DNA of 64,000 bases, from NCBI GenBank assembly GCA_016748015.1, contig JAAOMT010000516.1:62001-126000 (forward strand), given 5' to 3'. This DNA comes from Geosiphon pyriformis uo1. Lineage: Eukaryota; Fungi; Glomeromycota. The translations under genes and the position numbers were made by a program. The notes under the pieces are model-generated. The model worked only from the letters and a program-made list of their open reading frames with translations, ran no database searches and was not told the origin of the DNA. Shown piece after piece: positions 1 through 13,258 of this stretch. Position 1 is the stretch's first letter, and each line of letters starts with the position of its first letter.

Positions 1-1169
1 AAGAACAGATAATATTAAAATTAAAATTATATTTTTGTAAAATTTAAATAATTAATTATAAAAAGCTTTGTATAAAAAAATGTATTAATAAGATTTAATA
101 ACTGGCCAACATAAGTTTGGCAGAATATTAAATAGTTAAATAAAATTTTTATACATAAATTTAATATTATTAAGCTTTATTGTTCAAATTGTTAAAAACT
201 GAGAAGTTATTAACATTAAAATATAAATTTGTATTAAAAATTACAATATTATTGCATAATTTTTTTGAAAAAAATTCAATTTCTGTAAGTAAAACAATAT
301 TTAAGAACATTAAAATTACAAAAATACAATACATATAAGTCTGAATAATTATTCAAAATCATAAATTTTGTCTTTAATATTCAAGTCACAAGTTATAAAA
401 TTGTTATCTATCTTAATTATTTTATTAAAACATTTGTAGTTTTTGTATCTGTATTTTTCACTTATTTTAATTCTTTTTTTTTTACTTGTTTATTTTTTGT
501 TTTTTATCTATATTCTTTTTTTTTTACGAATTTTTTTTTAATTTTCTTAATCTATTTTTTTTTTTTATAAACTTTTTTAACTTTTTACCATATTTATTAT
601 ACTTAATTTTAACTTTTTTCAATACTTGTTTAATATTTTTAACATTTTTTATGGTGTTTTGTGTATTGGAAAAATATGACTTAATATATGTTTGGTTTGT
701 ATCAAATCTGTATAATTTTATGTTCTATATTCTATAATTGTTATTATATTATACAATATTTATTCATGTATTTATTAAAATATATTTTTTTGTCATTATT
801 GTTTTATATATTTTAACATTAAAAATAGATTGCGTTTTATTATAAAATATTGTAAAATAATTTTAAATCTTAAAAATAATATATATTTTAATATTGGTCT
901 TAAAATAAATATTAAATATTTAAATATTTAAATATTTAAATGTCAATTTTGAAAATTTTAAATTTAAATTAAGTATATACTATTTGAAATTTGGCCAACT
1001 TCTAAACTTATAAGATTGAATTATAGAAATTATAAAGAAAATAAAACAGAATAATCTCTTTAAAATCTCAAAATAAAATATTAAATATTTGGACAGAATT
1101 TAGACCGAGTAATTTTTAAAAAAATCAAAATTTTTTTGGTTTCTGTAACTTTTTTATAAATATTAATAG

Positions 1170-3400
1170 CCTTTAAAATATTATATTGTATATTAATTTT
1201 TTTTTATAACAAAAAAAAGTTGGTATTTTATATCTAATTTTTTATTTTTGTTGTTTTTAAATAAAGTTAAAATGGTTTTTGTTTATTTTTTGTTGTTTTT
1301 TTTCTATTAATATAACAAAATGCAAAATTATATTGTATTTTTGTATTATTTATCTTTGCTGTTTTAAATAAAGTTCAAGTGTTTTTATTGAATTTTTTAT
1401 TGTTTTCTTTTTATTTTAATAGTACTATCCATAATTATATTGTGTAATGTTTTAATAAATATTTTGCTTTTTATTGTAATAGCACTATTCAAGATTGTAT
1501 TATGTATTTAAATCTTCTGTTGCTATAACTTTTAAATAAAATTCCAATGATTTTTCACATTTTTTGTTGTTTCTAATTTATTAAAATTGCAATTTACAAA
1601 ATTGATTTGTGTATTTAGAATTCTTCTTTTGGTGCTTTTAGATAACATCATTTAAAAGAGTATTATGCTTTTTTATGTTTTATTTCTGCTGCTTTTAAAA
1701 AGAGTTTAAATGCTTTCTTATTATTTTTTATTGTTTCTTATCTATTATTATAACAAATTGCAAGATTGTACTGTGTATTTTAATTATTCATTTCTGCTGT
1801 TATTAAAATAAGTTCAGATGCTTTAACTTTAACTTAAAAAGTGCCAATTTTATTGAAGTAATAATGATTCAGAAAAAATGTTTAAGAGAATTCTTTATAT
1901 TTGTTGTTTTCTGATATTCTAAAAATACTTTTATTATTCAATTTTTGTTTAATTCTATATATTAAAGAAAAGCCAAGTAAAATATAGTGAATAGAGCTTT
2001 TTATAGCGTTGTTACTTAAGTAAACAAATATTTTTCAAGTGTTTTTTTATTGCTTTCAAGATATTTTTCACTGTGTTAACAACTTTTAAATAAACATCAA
2101 ACAAAAAACTTTTTTTGATGATATTGAATGAGTTATACAATTTATTAGAAAAGCTAAAAGCGTTTTCATGATTAAAATTAGTGGTTGAAATTGGAATCAC
2201 TAGATGTTTTCTCAAATTCAATGTTTTTTAAAGAGAAAACTAAATTGCCATTCAATTTCCTTAAGACAATTAATTATTTCAACTATAGATGAGCAAAATT
2301 GTGGTAATTTATTTCACATTCAGTGTAAAGTTAGACATATTTGGCAAAAGTGTTTTAAATTGGTCTTTTTTGAGTTACCTTCAATAATGAAAAATGTCCA
2401 CCTAATAGCTCCTATAAAAACACTTTCAGTACATATGTATCAAATTTTTTATTTCGTATATATTGAGAATTCCCAGAGCACTATGGTTCAATATATGTTA
2501 ATTGTCCATAAACCAAAGAAACTTCCACAGGAAATTTTTTCTAATTTTTAAAAAGCCCAAGATTCACAATTTTATAGAATTATAGTGAACTAGAATATTT
2601 AAAGAATTTTTTTTAGGGATTTCAAAAATCAAAAAGTTAAAAGATTTGATGAATTTATAGTTAAATAATATCTTCTGCTTTTTAATTATATATCTTTTAC
2701 TTGCCAAATCTCTATGAATAACATTTCTTTATGAAGGCAGAAAATCTCTCAGGTTAGCTCTTTTGCAAACCATAATTTTTTTACAACCTTCATTTTAGAG
2801 AATTTTGATTTAAGGTATTTATTTATGGTTTTTCTGTTTGTATATTCTAAAACAAGCATGTATTCCTTTCAATCATTTATTGCAATTCGACAAACTTTTT
2901 TTAATATTTTAAAATAAGTTTTTATTTAATAACTTAAAAATTGTCTTTTCCCAGAGTTTTTGTGACACCAAAAAAATTCATAATTAGGTTAGACTTCTTA
3001 AAAATTGCATTTTTATAAAATGAAGATTTATTTTAAGAGTTATTTTCTATAACAAATATATTTGAAAGTGATAATATGAAGTGAGTTTATACTTCTTTAA
3101 TAAACTCTGTCAACTCAGATGTATCGCTTTTCAAAAATTGTTGTAACTGTTTCAATCCAAATCACAAATCGCTAAAGATAGTTTAGTAATATTTATTAAT
3201 CAATATTTATCTATATCTTTTATTAAAAAATCTAAATCTACATTTAAAAAAACTTTAAGGTTTAAAATTTCTATAATGTCTTAATTTTAATTTATTAAAA
3301 TTTTTCTTCTATCTTAAATTCACAAATCTTATAAAGTTATTTAATAAAATTTAATATTAATTATCAACATAAATTATCAATTGATTCATAATTTTATTAT
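1170..3400 (-). pseudogene. Degenerate tyrosine-kinase-like (TKL) protein kinase with C-terminal Sel1-like repeats
   Basis: Manual minus-strand translation across stops and frameshifts gives kinase motifs in the correct order: EYMLVLEYTNRKTINKYL (~2870-2815), NVIHRDL (~2725-2705), NSLNILVH and IVNLGLFK (eroded DxG, ~2615-2550), VLWEFS (~2480), KYV*LYTEC..SSIVEIINCL (~2345-2260). Then Sel1-type units, e.g. TQYNLAICYNNR*ETIKNNKKAFKLFLKAAE (~1780-1685) and IQYNFAFCYINRKKTTKNKQKPF*LYLK (~1340-1255). Boundaries approximate. Confidence 0.8.
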
Positions 3401-5619
3401 ATTTTAAGTTTTAATGAAAGCTTTGAAAATTTTAAACGTGGAATATAAATATTTAAAAATTTATAAAAAAAATTTTAACCCAGACTGAAATTTTAAAATA
3501 ATTTTTTTGATACAAAATCAAAAAAGTACTATAATTGAAATAAAAATTTTTATCACCAGTTTTTTGTTAAACGCTTATAGAAAATAATGTTATTTTAAGT
3601 GAATCGAAAATTTTAAACTATTTAACTTGTGTCTTTAAGAAATTAACTTAAACATTGTGCCCCTCCATTATAAAATCCTTAAATTCTAATAAATTTTTTC
3701 GAAACGTTTTTCTGTGTTTCTCTTGACTATGCTTTAAAGATTCTAATAGAATTTAGGTTAGGACAGTTGGATGGCTAATCAATTAATTTAGAAAAATCAC
3801 TAAAAGGAATTTTTAGCTTTATGATAAATGTGATTCAAATTTTTATGATGTTGGAATTGCCAAAATTTCTTGAATTACCTGATCTAACTGAATTTAAATT
3901 AGAAAGAGTATAGCAAATCTTGATCATATGAATTTATCCAATAATTTTTTTTACATATTCTATGTTGTTTGTTTTTGATACTAATGAATAAATAATAATA
4001 TTTTTAACTTTTTATTTATTAAACCTTATAATTTGCTAGTAAATCAAATAGTGCTTAATTAAAGAGCATACTAAATTAGGATAAGTTTCTCTAATATTTT
4101 TTATATTTAATAATTGCCTCAATTATGATTTATTTATGCATTATAGTGCTTTGATTTCGACTACTATAACAAAAAAATTTTTATAGATGATTTTCCGACT
4201 ATGAAGAGTTAGCTTGTGTATCAGTTTTTTGATTTCTTGAGTCTTAAACTTTGGCTGACTAAATAGGCCCTTGTGCTGAATTAATTAATTTTAAAAAATT
4301 TCGCCTTTGAAGAAAATTTATTTATATCACAAATATAATATTAATTATTCAAAAGTGTATAGCTTATGAAAAATATTAGGATAAAAAACAATCATTTGAG
4401 GAGAAAGTTTGTATAAATTAAATAGTTTTTACAATTTCGCAAAGTTTAAGAATGGTTTTACAGATTTTTTGATTTTTAATAAAACAAAAGGTGCATATTA
4501 ATTAAATTAGAATTTTTGCTAAAATTGTATTATTCCAAATTGAAGTAACAAGCTAACAGATGACCAAAATAAAAAATAAAATGTAATATAAATAATTTGA
4601 AAAGAAATTAATAAAATAAATTCTTTAAACTAAATGAACTAATGATCATAAAAATTATTTGTTTTCAAAACTATAAAATTAATATTAAATTTTTATGCGA
4701 AAAATTAATATATCACGTGTTTATAATATTAATCTCTGAATTATTACACCCCCGAAATTTTGAATATATTTCTTTCATTAAATTTAGAAAGTACCAAAAA
4801 TAATTTGAGCATTAAAAAAATTACTTTTGAATAAATAAATAAAAATTCCAGAAATAAAATTATTTTTGATAAAAAAATTTCGTGAAATTTTAATTAATTG
4901 AAATTAAACCTAATTTTAAACATTTAGATATTAGATTTTATATAGCAATAAAACTTTCGTCTATTTTACCCAAGCATTATTGCGTGTGATCGGTTTTGAC
5001 AATATTATCCTAAGTTATGTCAAAGTTCTCACTTGAGCATCAAAAACTTTTGATAACGCCCAAGTAATAAATAAAGATTTTCACATATTTACGATAAGGA
5101 TCTATTGAATGATCTGAACATGATTTTTAGCAAGTTCATTTTTTTTTTCGAAAATGCTAAATTTTTCATTCTTAGTTGATTAAATTAATAGATTTCGATA
5201 GCAAAGGCAGAGGGTTTTCATTTTAAACGGTGAAAAAGTATATTAAGTATGCTCAATATTGCCTAAATTTAACCAGTGGTTTAAAAATAAAGTTACTATT
5301 GCTTGGACTTAAGCCAATATTAGCAATTCTTAAAGTTATTACCAAATTATTATTATTTAAAAATACTTATAAAATTATTACAATAGTTTATTATACATTA
5401 GATTTCTTAAATATTTTATATCAATCATTTCAAATTTCTGAATTAATTTTCAATAGACTTAAACAATAAACAGTAAATAATGAGTTTTTATCAAAATTGG
5501 CAATATGTGAACAATTTTCGAATTGTAAAAGCCCTTCTCTGATAACTTTGCTATATACTAATAAAGTTTTATTCTTATATAGACTAGATGGATATAGAAA
5601 AGATAATTGACAAATATGG

Positions 5620-5731
5620 CTACCCTCTTCTGCTCTTTATTCTTATAAGAAATTTTTAACTACCATCTCTTAATTTTTATTCTTGTAAGAAATCTTAAAC
5701 TACCCTCTTCCCACTCTTTATTTTTGCAAGA
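5620..5731. repeat. Degenerate 40-bp tandem repeat, about 3 copies
   Basis: CTACC(C/A)TCT...TTTATTCTT(A/G)TAAGAAAT units begin at 5620, 5660 and 5700. Confidence 0.7.
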
Positions 5732-6389
5732 CATAAATAACAGACTAACAATTATCAATTTCTTACTGTCTAACCCTAAAATTTAATTCAGTTATTTGAT
5801 GATTGATTATTCATGATTTTCTATTTCATATTTATTGGTTATTTAAATATTGAATTTGAAAATTATTGGCAAAGTGGTAGTTATATTTGAAAGTTGAATT
5901 CACGTATTTTTGATTAATAAAACAATTTTTTTGTCACGAAAAGTAAAATTTTCATCATCTTAAATAACCAGTTTCCCAACTAAATACTTTAATCGATGAT
6001 TTTTTGGCAGTTTTTCAAAAAAGTGACGTTCTCAAGAATGATAATTCTGGGTCTATAAAATTCAAAAATTTTGAGTTTCTAAAGGGTGGTTATAAATTTG
6101 CCAAATATAAATTTAGAATGCTGCAAATTATTTAGTGTGATTGTTGGTAAGCGATTTATTAAATGAAAATTGGCTCAAAAAGACAAGGTTAAATTCAGCG
6201 CCATGTATTTTATTTTCTGGATGAAAAGAGGTCTAAAAAAACAAACAGTTACCCATCAGATTGAGGATTTGGTATTCAAAATACATGTAATATAAACATA
6301 TATAATGCAAGAAAAAGTTTTATTTTGCCACAAATCAAAGTGGGATACTAAGTTGAAACGAATTTTATAAACTTTATAAACTCATTTTC

Positions 6390-6443
6390 AAAAGTTTTCT
6401 GTTGCCATACATAAAAGTTTTCTGTTGCCATACATAAAAGTTT
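6390..6443. repeat. Perfect 23-bp tandem duplication
   Basis: AAAAGTTTTCTGTTGCCATACAT twice, plus a partial third copy. Confidence 0.85.
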
Positions 6444-7579
6444 ATATATTTTAAACATTTCTAAATTATAAATCAATCCATAATACTTTAAAAAAATCAA
6501 TTTGTTAATATATCTGCTGTATTTTGGCAATTGCTGCTGGTTTCATGCTTTTAAAAATCTTTGGCTATAACAAAATGTTTCTCAAAAGTCTTTATATTAT
6601 TCAACGTAGTTAATTCCAATGACAACAAATTATACTGTATCTTTTTTTCAAAAGAATATATTAATTTGATAAAAACTATTTTCAAGAATTTAACAAAAAA
6701 TATTTGTTCCGAGTCTGAAAATTTGAAATCCCAATAATTTAAACCAAATTAGTAACTAGTCAACTTTGAAGCTAATAATTGACAGCAGAAAAAAAAAGTA
6801 ATTTAGTTTTTGTCGATTATATTTGAAGCAAGAAAATCTGTTTTGGTAAATTCTATTTATTCAAATACATAAATACATGAATACATTTTTCGAAAAATAA
6901 ACTTTACTTTATACATATTTGAATTGTATTATTTTGAGTTTTAACAATAATATTAAAACTATTAGAACAATATATTCAAATTTATTTTATAATTTTAAAA
7001 AAATCACTATTATTACAATTCAGTCAATAAAAAAATGTTTTTAAAATATTATTGAAATTTAGTAATTACTCAATATTAAAATTAAACATAATTTTTTTAT
7101 GTTTTTAATAAAATTTAAGATTAAATTGAATATTTTAATTATTTTATTGCAACATAAATTATTAATTATAACAAAAGAATTGGATCAATTTTATTAATAG
7201 TTTTGCTATATTTTCTAATTTTATAAAAATTAACAATCAAATTTTTATATAAAATATTTAGAATTATGATGCATATATATTTTCATTATTCATATTTCAA
7301 ACATATACTTAAATTTTATGGCAAATATATTTTTGAATCATTTTTTCATAAAAAAATATTTAATTAGTACTATTTTTATATTAAAGAAGATTAATATTCT
7401 TAACAAATTTTTAAATATATTAAATTTAAATAATTTAGTTTTAGATATTTATTTATTTATTTTGATAAGTTTTAATATTTTTAACAGGCTTTGAAATTTC
7501 AGCAAATTTTAATATTTTAACATAATATTAAAAATTGAAATTTAACTAATATTAATTTTAGTTTTTATATTTTGAAAAT

Positions 7580-9560
7580 TTTATTTTATTTATAAGGCTT
7601 AAAAACTATAAAACTTATGCTTTTCTTTAAAAACCTGGTATTTTTCTAATCAAAAACATGTTTATTATCTTTTTAGTTATTATTTGCATATTATTTTAAT
7701 AAATGAATTATTAAAAACACTATTTAAAAAAACATAATATTTTTCTTAAACTAATAATATGGTTTTTTAATTATTTTTGTTTAATTTTTATAATTCTGTT
7801 TATAGAAAACTTAACTTTACTATACACTAAAACAATGTCTTTATTAATAATTAATTAAATTAAAACCACTTTTTTAAACAAAACATTTTAAAACACTTTT
7901 AATTATTGGTTTTTGTTAATAATAAAAATTTTTATATATTTAGCAATTGTCAATTTTGATCTTAAAATCTTTAACAAACTTATATTTATTTATCTTGGTA
8001 ATTTTCTAAACTTAACCAAAGTTTTTATAAAAAGATATTTAACTTCACTTTTAATAATCAAAGCTTAATAAACAAGAGTTTCTTTGAATTTAAATTTTAT
8101 GTATTTAATAATTTTAAATTTCTAGTTTTTATTTTTAATTTTTACAGATTTAAGAATTTTAAATATTAAAGCTTTAACTTAAAAAATTTGAACAAGTTTT
8201 TGTTTACTAATATCTTAAAACTACAAAAATAAATTTGCTTAAAAAACTTCTTAATTAACTTAATTATTGTTAAAAATCTGAGTTTTTCTAAAGATTAGCT
8301 TTGGTTAAAGCAAAACCCATAATATATTTCTTAAATTGGTTTTAATTTTGTATTTTCACCAATTTTGTTAATTTGTTTATATTTTATTTTTATTTAAAAG
8401 TCGAAAAATTTTTTCTAGCTTATATTAAATAAGACAGTACAATAATTATCATTAAAAAAAGCTTTAATTTCATAAATACTATTATTTAAAATTATGTTAA
8501 AAAAAATTTTACTAGCCACAATATTGTTAATTATTTTAAAACAGCATAAATATTATTTCAAATAGGCAAAATAACTTGAATTTTTTTTAAAATATTGTAA
8601 AAACTCAAATCTTAGAATTTTTTAAACTTGTACAATGTTTTTTATTATTACAAAAGTACTTTTGTTAACAAATTACAAAACCATATTATTAATTAATATA
8701 GATTAAATCAATCTTTTTTTGATAAATGTTTTTGCATAAAGTTTAACTATTGAAATTAATAACTTGTTTAAAATATTAATTTAATTACTGAAAGTTTACT
8801 AATAGTATTTATTACTTTAAAAACATGGTTTGTAATACTATTGTCAGTATTTTTTTAAATACAAAGATTTTGATTATTACAATTTTTAAATACTTATAAA
8901 TATGTTTTATCTTTTAATTTAGTTTTTGTGACTATTAAAATAATATTCTCAAAATTTTCATGTTTTTTAATGTTTATTTGCTTAGCAAAATTGTTTATTT
9001 TTTTAATATTATATATTACAATTTTTTTAAAATAAATAATTATTAAAAATATAATTTACTTGACTTGAAAATAAAACAGAATTATTAACTGATGTTATTA
9101 AACTCTTAAATATAATTGTTAATTTCTTAAAACTTAACTTAATACTGTTTGACTTGTTTAACCTAAAATTTATAGTAGTTATATTATTAAAAAATACACT
9201 TAAATTTATTTACATTACTATATTATTTATTTAATTTTAATTAAAGAAAGTAATTAATACTAGTAAAAAAAAGTTAAATTTAAGAGACTAACTTCATTCT
9301 TAATGAATTTAAGTTTCATGATTTTTGAATATTTGCGAAAAATAGGTTTGATTTTTTGAAATAAATGAAGTTTATAAAATTGATTAAACTGGTTTGTTTT
9401 TTAAATTTAACAAAAATTGAAAATTTTTATAAAAGAAAATTAAAGTATTTCATTGTTTTTATTAGATTTTTTAATAATATAATTTAATTAAAATCTAAAA
9501 TATTAGATTTTCTATCTAAAACTAAAAAGCTATTTGATTTTTTTGTTTCTAATGTATCTA
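7580..9560 (-). mobile_element. Heavily eroded non-LTR retrotransposon (LINE) relic: ORF2 APE endonuclease and linker toward RT
   Basis: Minus-strand fragments KKIVIYNIKKINNFAKQ (~9030-8980) and LIVTKTKLK (~8935-8910) fit the APE start motifs (W)KIATxNVRGxN..KQ and xETKL. The same motifs recur in the copy at ~11.9 kb. Downstream FKQIYFCSFKILVNKNLFKFFKLK (~8240-8170). No open frame remains. Confidence 0.6.
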
Positions 9561-9699
9561 TTTTAGCAATTTGTATTTATAAAACAAAAATAAAACTCTT
9601 TCTTTCGTTAATTTCAGACCATAAAAAGACGAAAAAACAGAAGAAATGTTGTAATGCTTTTTTCTATGCCCAGTTTATTTCTTAAGCTATCCTTTTAAC

Positions 9700-10385
9700 A
9701 CATCTTTGTTTAAGAAACTAAAAATAAAAAAAAATAAAAAAACTTACTTTAATATAAAGAGAAACATTATTGTTTATAAGTTTAATAAGACAGATAAGAA
9801 TATTAGAAGTTCTAGTATTGGAGTTCTATTTTTGAAACAACTATTTAATATTATTGAAATAAATGTTTTAATAATAGTTTGTCTTTAAAGAAACTTAATT
9901 TTGAGACAGCAAAATAAGTAGTTTTGATGAAAGTATATGTATAAATTCTAATGTTAAAAAAAATGAAAACTATTCGATTGAAAAAACAAACCTTAATTTG
10001 GGTAAGATAAAAAAATTCCTAATAAAACAGTAAATATAACTTTTAGACTCACCAGAACCAAGCAATTTGTGATTAAAAAGCTGAAAAAATTGAATTTGAA
10101 GAAAAATATGTAGATATAGTATCTGTTGTACCAAAAAAAAGAGTTAAGTTTGTCATTAGGAGGCTATTTGCATTGGATATTAAGTTTTTATTAGCGAGTT
10201 TAGAGAAGTCTTTATTTTTTTCAAATTCTATGGTATTATCAAATTATTATTTACTTTTGAATTCTGCTTGACTAAAACTAAATCTATTGTTAAATAAAGT
10301 GATGTAATAATAAATATCAATTTAAAACATATAAATTTTTGCACAATCAGAAAGTAAGTGCCAAAAATATTTTTATTAATACTTT
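9700..10385 (+). mobile_element. LINE ORF1 (gag-like) relic, opposite orientation to its neighbours
   Basis: Plus-strand FVIRRLFALDIK (~10149) and KFYGIIKLLFTFEFCLTKTK (~10224) align with VMFTLEYNLNKT in the ORF1 relic at 12797-13018. Confidence 0.5.
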
Positions 10386-11689
10386 AAAAAAGACCGTATA
10401 TGTGGCTTTTTTCAAATTTAATAAATTAATATCAATTAAAATACAGTAGTTAAAATTACTAATCTAAATTTTCTAAATAATTGTATTTAATAGTTTATTT
10501 TGTTAAAATAAGTCTGTATATATGACAAAAGTAATATTAATAAAAAGTTAAAAAAAAGATATATTTTAAATTCGTTTATATATTTTGCCAATAAATAAAA
10601 CTGTTCATAATGTATCCAATTTTTGGCATTTTTTGATAAGAAAACTTGTCATATGAATTATAACTTTGTTACTTTAATAGAGTTAAATATATTACTATTT
10701 GTTTTTAATTTAAAATTTTGTTTTTACTAATACCGCTCTGAATAAAATAAAATTATTCAATAAAATATTTGCCAATAAAAAACAATATAATAAATTAAGA
10801 TTGAAAAACTCGAAAATTTTTAATAAAAAATTATATTTATTCTATTATATCATATAATAAAAAACACTTATGCGATAATTCTATTTGAAAAATTTAAAGA
10901 ATTATAAGAATTGAAAAATAAAATGTTACTTATGTTATGTGCGATTTTTTAACCGAATATTTAATGTTTATTTGTTATAATTGACTTATTTTACAAAAGA
11001 TTCAATTAATAAAAATCATTCTATTTGTATTTCTTAAATAATTATTTAATTATAAAATTCATGTAATGTAATTATATTATGTGATAAATACAACTAAAAG
11101 TTATATCAAATAATAAAATAGTAAAAATACAAAATTATTTAAAAAAATTTCGTGGTGATTCTTTGATAAAAATAAAACTAATAAATTATAAAGTTTTTAT
11201 AAAAATTTATGATAAATTTTAAGTGTTATAAATCTATATACACATTTAAAAATAAAATAAAATTCTTAACCAATTAAAAATGAATAATTAATTAATTAGA
11301 ATTATGCAATATTTATTTACAACTTCAATTTAACTTTGAGCTTAAGCAATAAAATTACATTTTTCCGGCTAAATGAGGAATAAGAACATCTTGTTAATTA
11401 AGATTTATTAGAAAACTGGCAATTGAAAATCAAAAATACCAGGCTGTAAACCATTCAATTAAAAAAACTTAATTGATTATAAAATTGGCAAACAAATCTA
11501 AATCCACACATTAATGAGTTTGAAAATTAAATATAGGGATCGGGCTCAATCTTTGAAGCGGAGATTCTCTTCTAATTGAAAAGTCAATTTTTAACACATA
11601 AAATACAACCAAAAGTTTAATTAGAAAACAGATTGCTGCAAATTCCAGAAATTCAAAATTGAAGGCCTAAAATATATTCCGAATAAATA

Positions 11690-13021
11690 CCTAATTAAAA
11701 ATAACTTAAAAAATAATAGTTGCTTAACCATCTTAAAAATCTTATAGATATGTTTAATCAAATTAACACTTATAATAATTGCAACTTCTAAATATAAATA
11801 ACCAAAATTCAGTCTAAAAATAAACTTTTTATCTTTTTAAACTTGTTTATAATTTAAGATTTAATACAGCTTTTCAATTTTATTTTATAATGTTTTCTTG
11901 CTTTACAAGATTATTTATTTTCTTTATATTACACCTAATAATTGTTTAAATTAAACTGGTTATTAAAAAAAAATACACAAAATTTATCTTTAGCAAACAC
12001 AACATTTAATCTTAAAAAACCCAAAATACAGTCAATTTGGCTTCTAAGTCATCTAATTTAGAGATAAAAATTTTTAAAACACTAAAACTTACCAATATTT
12101 TTCTCAAAAAAGATATTTAAAATTATATTCGAACCAAAATTTAATGTTAAAGATAAAACAATAGTCTATATTAAAGAAAAAACTAAAAACAAAATATCTA
12201 GCTTTAAAGACAACTCAGAATTTTTATTTAAAAACAATTCAAAATTTTGTTTTAATATATTCAATTTCAATTTTAAAGTAGATAATAAAAACTTAAAAGA
12301 GATATTATTCAAAACCATACTAAAAACCTTAATATAATCAAATAAAACCATTTAAGCCCAAGACATTTTACTAAAAATAATAAAAATACGTTTTTTTGTA
12401 TAAATATCAGCTAACTAAATTCAATTTATTATTAACAAAATATGCTTAACAAATTTTTTAAATTGGTTTTTGGAAAAATTACATACTAATTTTATATAAC
12501 TAAAATGTTTACAATTTTATAATATGCCAAATTCAATTTAGTCCAAAAAAAATTAAATTTACTTGATATTTTTAATTTTAAACAAATAGTAACAGATTTT
12601 ATTATATTGCTAATTAAAACAAACCACTTAAAAGCCAAAAAAATTAACTTAATACAATTCAATAAACTCTACTACAGTTTTTTATTACAGTCCAATTAAT
12701 TGTAATTAAATTAATATTATTTTGTCAAAATAAAACAAAGCTAAAATAATTGTTTTTTTAAAAACATTCATAAAAAATTTCCTTAATAATAATTGTTTAA
12801 TTTAATATTATGCCTGGTTTTTTGAAATTGGTATTTACTAAAACATTGTTATTAGTAACCAATACTGTAGTCTTATTTAAATTATATTCTAAAGTAAACA
12901 TTACAGACCAACTGGATTTTAACATGATAAAAAAGGCAGATAAAAGAGACATTTTTTTATTATTAATATCATAAACAATTGTACTTAGTAAGAAAACTAT
13001 CATCTTATCAGTATTCACTAT
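11690..13021 (-). mobile_element. LINE relic, 3' part (ORF1 body plus start of ORF2 APE endonuclease), split by a DNA transposon
   Basis: ORF 12797-13018 (VNTDK...VMFTLEYNLNKTTVLVTNNNVLVNTNFKK), then IIIKEI and QLIGL**KTVVEF. ORF2 start SLI*TIIRCNIKKINNLVKQENII (~11955-11885) and GYLYLEVAIII (~11800). Confidence 0.65.
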
Positions 13022-13070
13022 CTCAATAAAAAAAGATTTTTCATAAAATACTCATAAAATAATTATAATT
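13022..13070 (+). repeat. Left terminal inverted repeat (eroded)
   Basis: CTCAATAAAAAAAG differs from the right-TIR start CCCAGTAAAAAAAG by one C-to-T and one G-to-A. Confidence 0.75.
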
Positions 13071-13258
13071 TGTTTTTTTATCTAAATATATATATTATTT
13101 GTTCATAATTTGAAATAATTTTGAGTTGGTTATTTTTGCAATACATAAAATATACACTAAATATTTATATAAAAAATAATATTCCATTTTTTGTCCTTTA
13201 AAATGAATATTATCAATTTATATTTACAATAAATATCCATTACATTTTTTTATTATTG

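Noticed and set aside
486-737. F-rich 83-aa ORF, and similar short F/K/I/N-rich ORFs throughout
   Set aside because: Products of low-complexity AT-rich DNA, often with non-ATG starts.
3700-5560. Possible further gene relics (TLRIANIGLS resembling a kinase DxG motif at ~5310-5335 minus; TPR-like LLGRYQK at ~5050)
   Set aside because: Isolated short motifs without a convincing ordered series; needs a translated search.
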